Shown here in pieces: positions 25,609-26,447 of a stretch of 26,447 nt of DNA (the first letter of the stretch is position 1; every line of letters starts with the position of its first letter). The translations under genes were made by a program, and so were the position numbers. This DNA is from Elainellaceae cyanobacterium (GTDB lineage: Bacteria > Cyanobacteriota > Cyanobacteriia > CAZCXK01): the NCBI GenBank assembly GCA_051117555.1, contig JBNPEG010000212.1, positions 8,150 to 34,596 on the forward strand, given 5' to 3'. Under the pieces are notes generated by a model. That model was given only the letters and a program-made list of their open reading frames with translations. It had not been told where the DNA came from and did no database searches.

Positions 25609-26343
25609 ATGAAACATAACGACCCATTGCGATTAGCTACGTCTGCTGGAACCACTGAGGCACTCGAAGATTCGCCAGAACTGCGGAATCCTCCATCCGA
25701 TATGATTTATGGCTTGGAGGCAAAACCTCCCTTGCGGGAGACAATCGCCGCTGCTTTGCAACATGTCTTGGCGGCCTTTGTGAATATCATTGCCCCAGCG
25801 ATTGTTGTCGGAAACAGCATCGGCTTAGAAGCGACTGACATTAGTTTTCTAATTAGTATGTCGCTATTTATTTCTGGTATTGCTACATTCATTCAAATTC
25901 ATCGCGTCGGACCTGTGGGGTCTGGGTTATTGAGCATCCAGGGCACTAGTTTCGCCTTTGTTGGAACCCTCGTCACCGTTGGAACAGCCGCCGTTGCTAC
26001 AGGGCGTTCCCCCACTCAAACTCTGGCGTATTTGCTCACTATTTGTATGCTGGGGTCTTTCGTTGAGATCATTCTCAGCCAGTTTATTAAACCCCTCAAA
26101 AAAGTCATGACCCCACTGGTGAGTGGCATTGTTGTGGTGATGATTGGGCTGAGTTTGATTCGCGTCGCAATTACAGCGATGGCGGGTGGACCAGGGGCGA
26201 TCGCCAATGGTACATTTGCAAGTCTACAGAACCTGGGGGTTTCACTCCTTGTGCTAACCGTCATTGTGGTTCTCAATTGCACGCGCAGCACTTTTCTACG
26301 GATGTCTGCCATTCTGATTGGCTTAGGAACGGGAATTAAATAA
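25609..26343 (+). pseudogene. NCS2 xanthine/uracil permease (XanQ/XanP-like), truncated by an IS insertion
   Basis: YGLEAKPP, LQHVLA, SGIATFIQ, GSGLLSIQGTSFAF and PLVSGIVVVMIGLSL are present, but the ORF stops at 244 aa just after ILIGL. It lacks the C-terminal half with the NCS2 signature. Confidence 0.85.
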
Positions 26344-26447
26344 TCTGTAATTCTGGTTTGGCTGTGTAATTCCATTGTGGTAAAACTTCATCGAAGACAA
26401 TCTTCATGTTGGCTTTGAAATCTTCAGCAACTTTTCGACCCGTTTTA
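26326..26447 (-). mobile_element. End of an ISAzo13-like insertion sequence, including the transposase C-terminus (26336->26447, partial)
   Basis: The minus strand reads KTGRKVAEDFKANMKIVFDEVLPQWNYTAKPELQII*, which matches my recollection of ISAzo13 transposase C-termini (TGRK...F...WNY). The element end GGAACGGGAATTAAATAA follows TTA at 26323-26325. Confidence 0.8.

Noticed and set aside
26016..26375. 119-aa minus-strand ORF
   Set aside because: It is antisense to the permease and in a different frame from the transposase-like C-terminus.

Overview
This window looks like cyanobacterial chromosome: the HIP1 octamer GCGATCGC occurs dozens of times and several gene families are typical of cyanobacteria. 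In order it carries: the 3' end of a possible MetF-like gene; a hairpin-flanked (CTA)27 tract; L-serine dehydratase sdaA; a cupin; a lipoprotein; an O-methyltransferase; a secreted SH3-like protein; a TAP-like alpha/beta hydrolase; a peptidoglycan-binding/SH3 protein; a tRNA nucleotidyltransferase (probably CC-adding); a kexin-like S8 protease; a CPA2 antiporter; a small Zn-ribbon protein; a serine-recombinase-family protein with a degenerate active site; two conserved hypotheticals; a NACHT NTPase followed by REP-derived repeats and a 21-bp tandem array; a BicA-like SulP transporter; an alpha/beta hydrolase; an orphan OmpR regulator; and an NCS2 permease cut short by an ISAzo13-like insertion at the right edge. 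The most unusual unexplained signals are (i) a ~370-400 nt densely base-paired non-coding region at 22816-23218 that I cannot assign to a known RNA class, and (ii) a hidden MFP-(Thr)27-(Ser)3 mini-ORF with flanking hairpins directly upstream of sdaA. All family assignments come from motif recognition by eye; no database searches were run.
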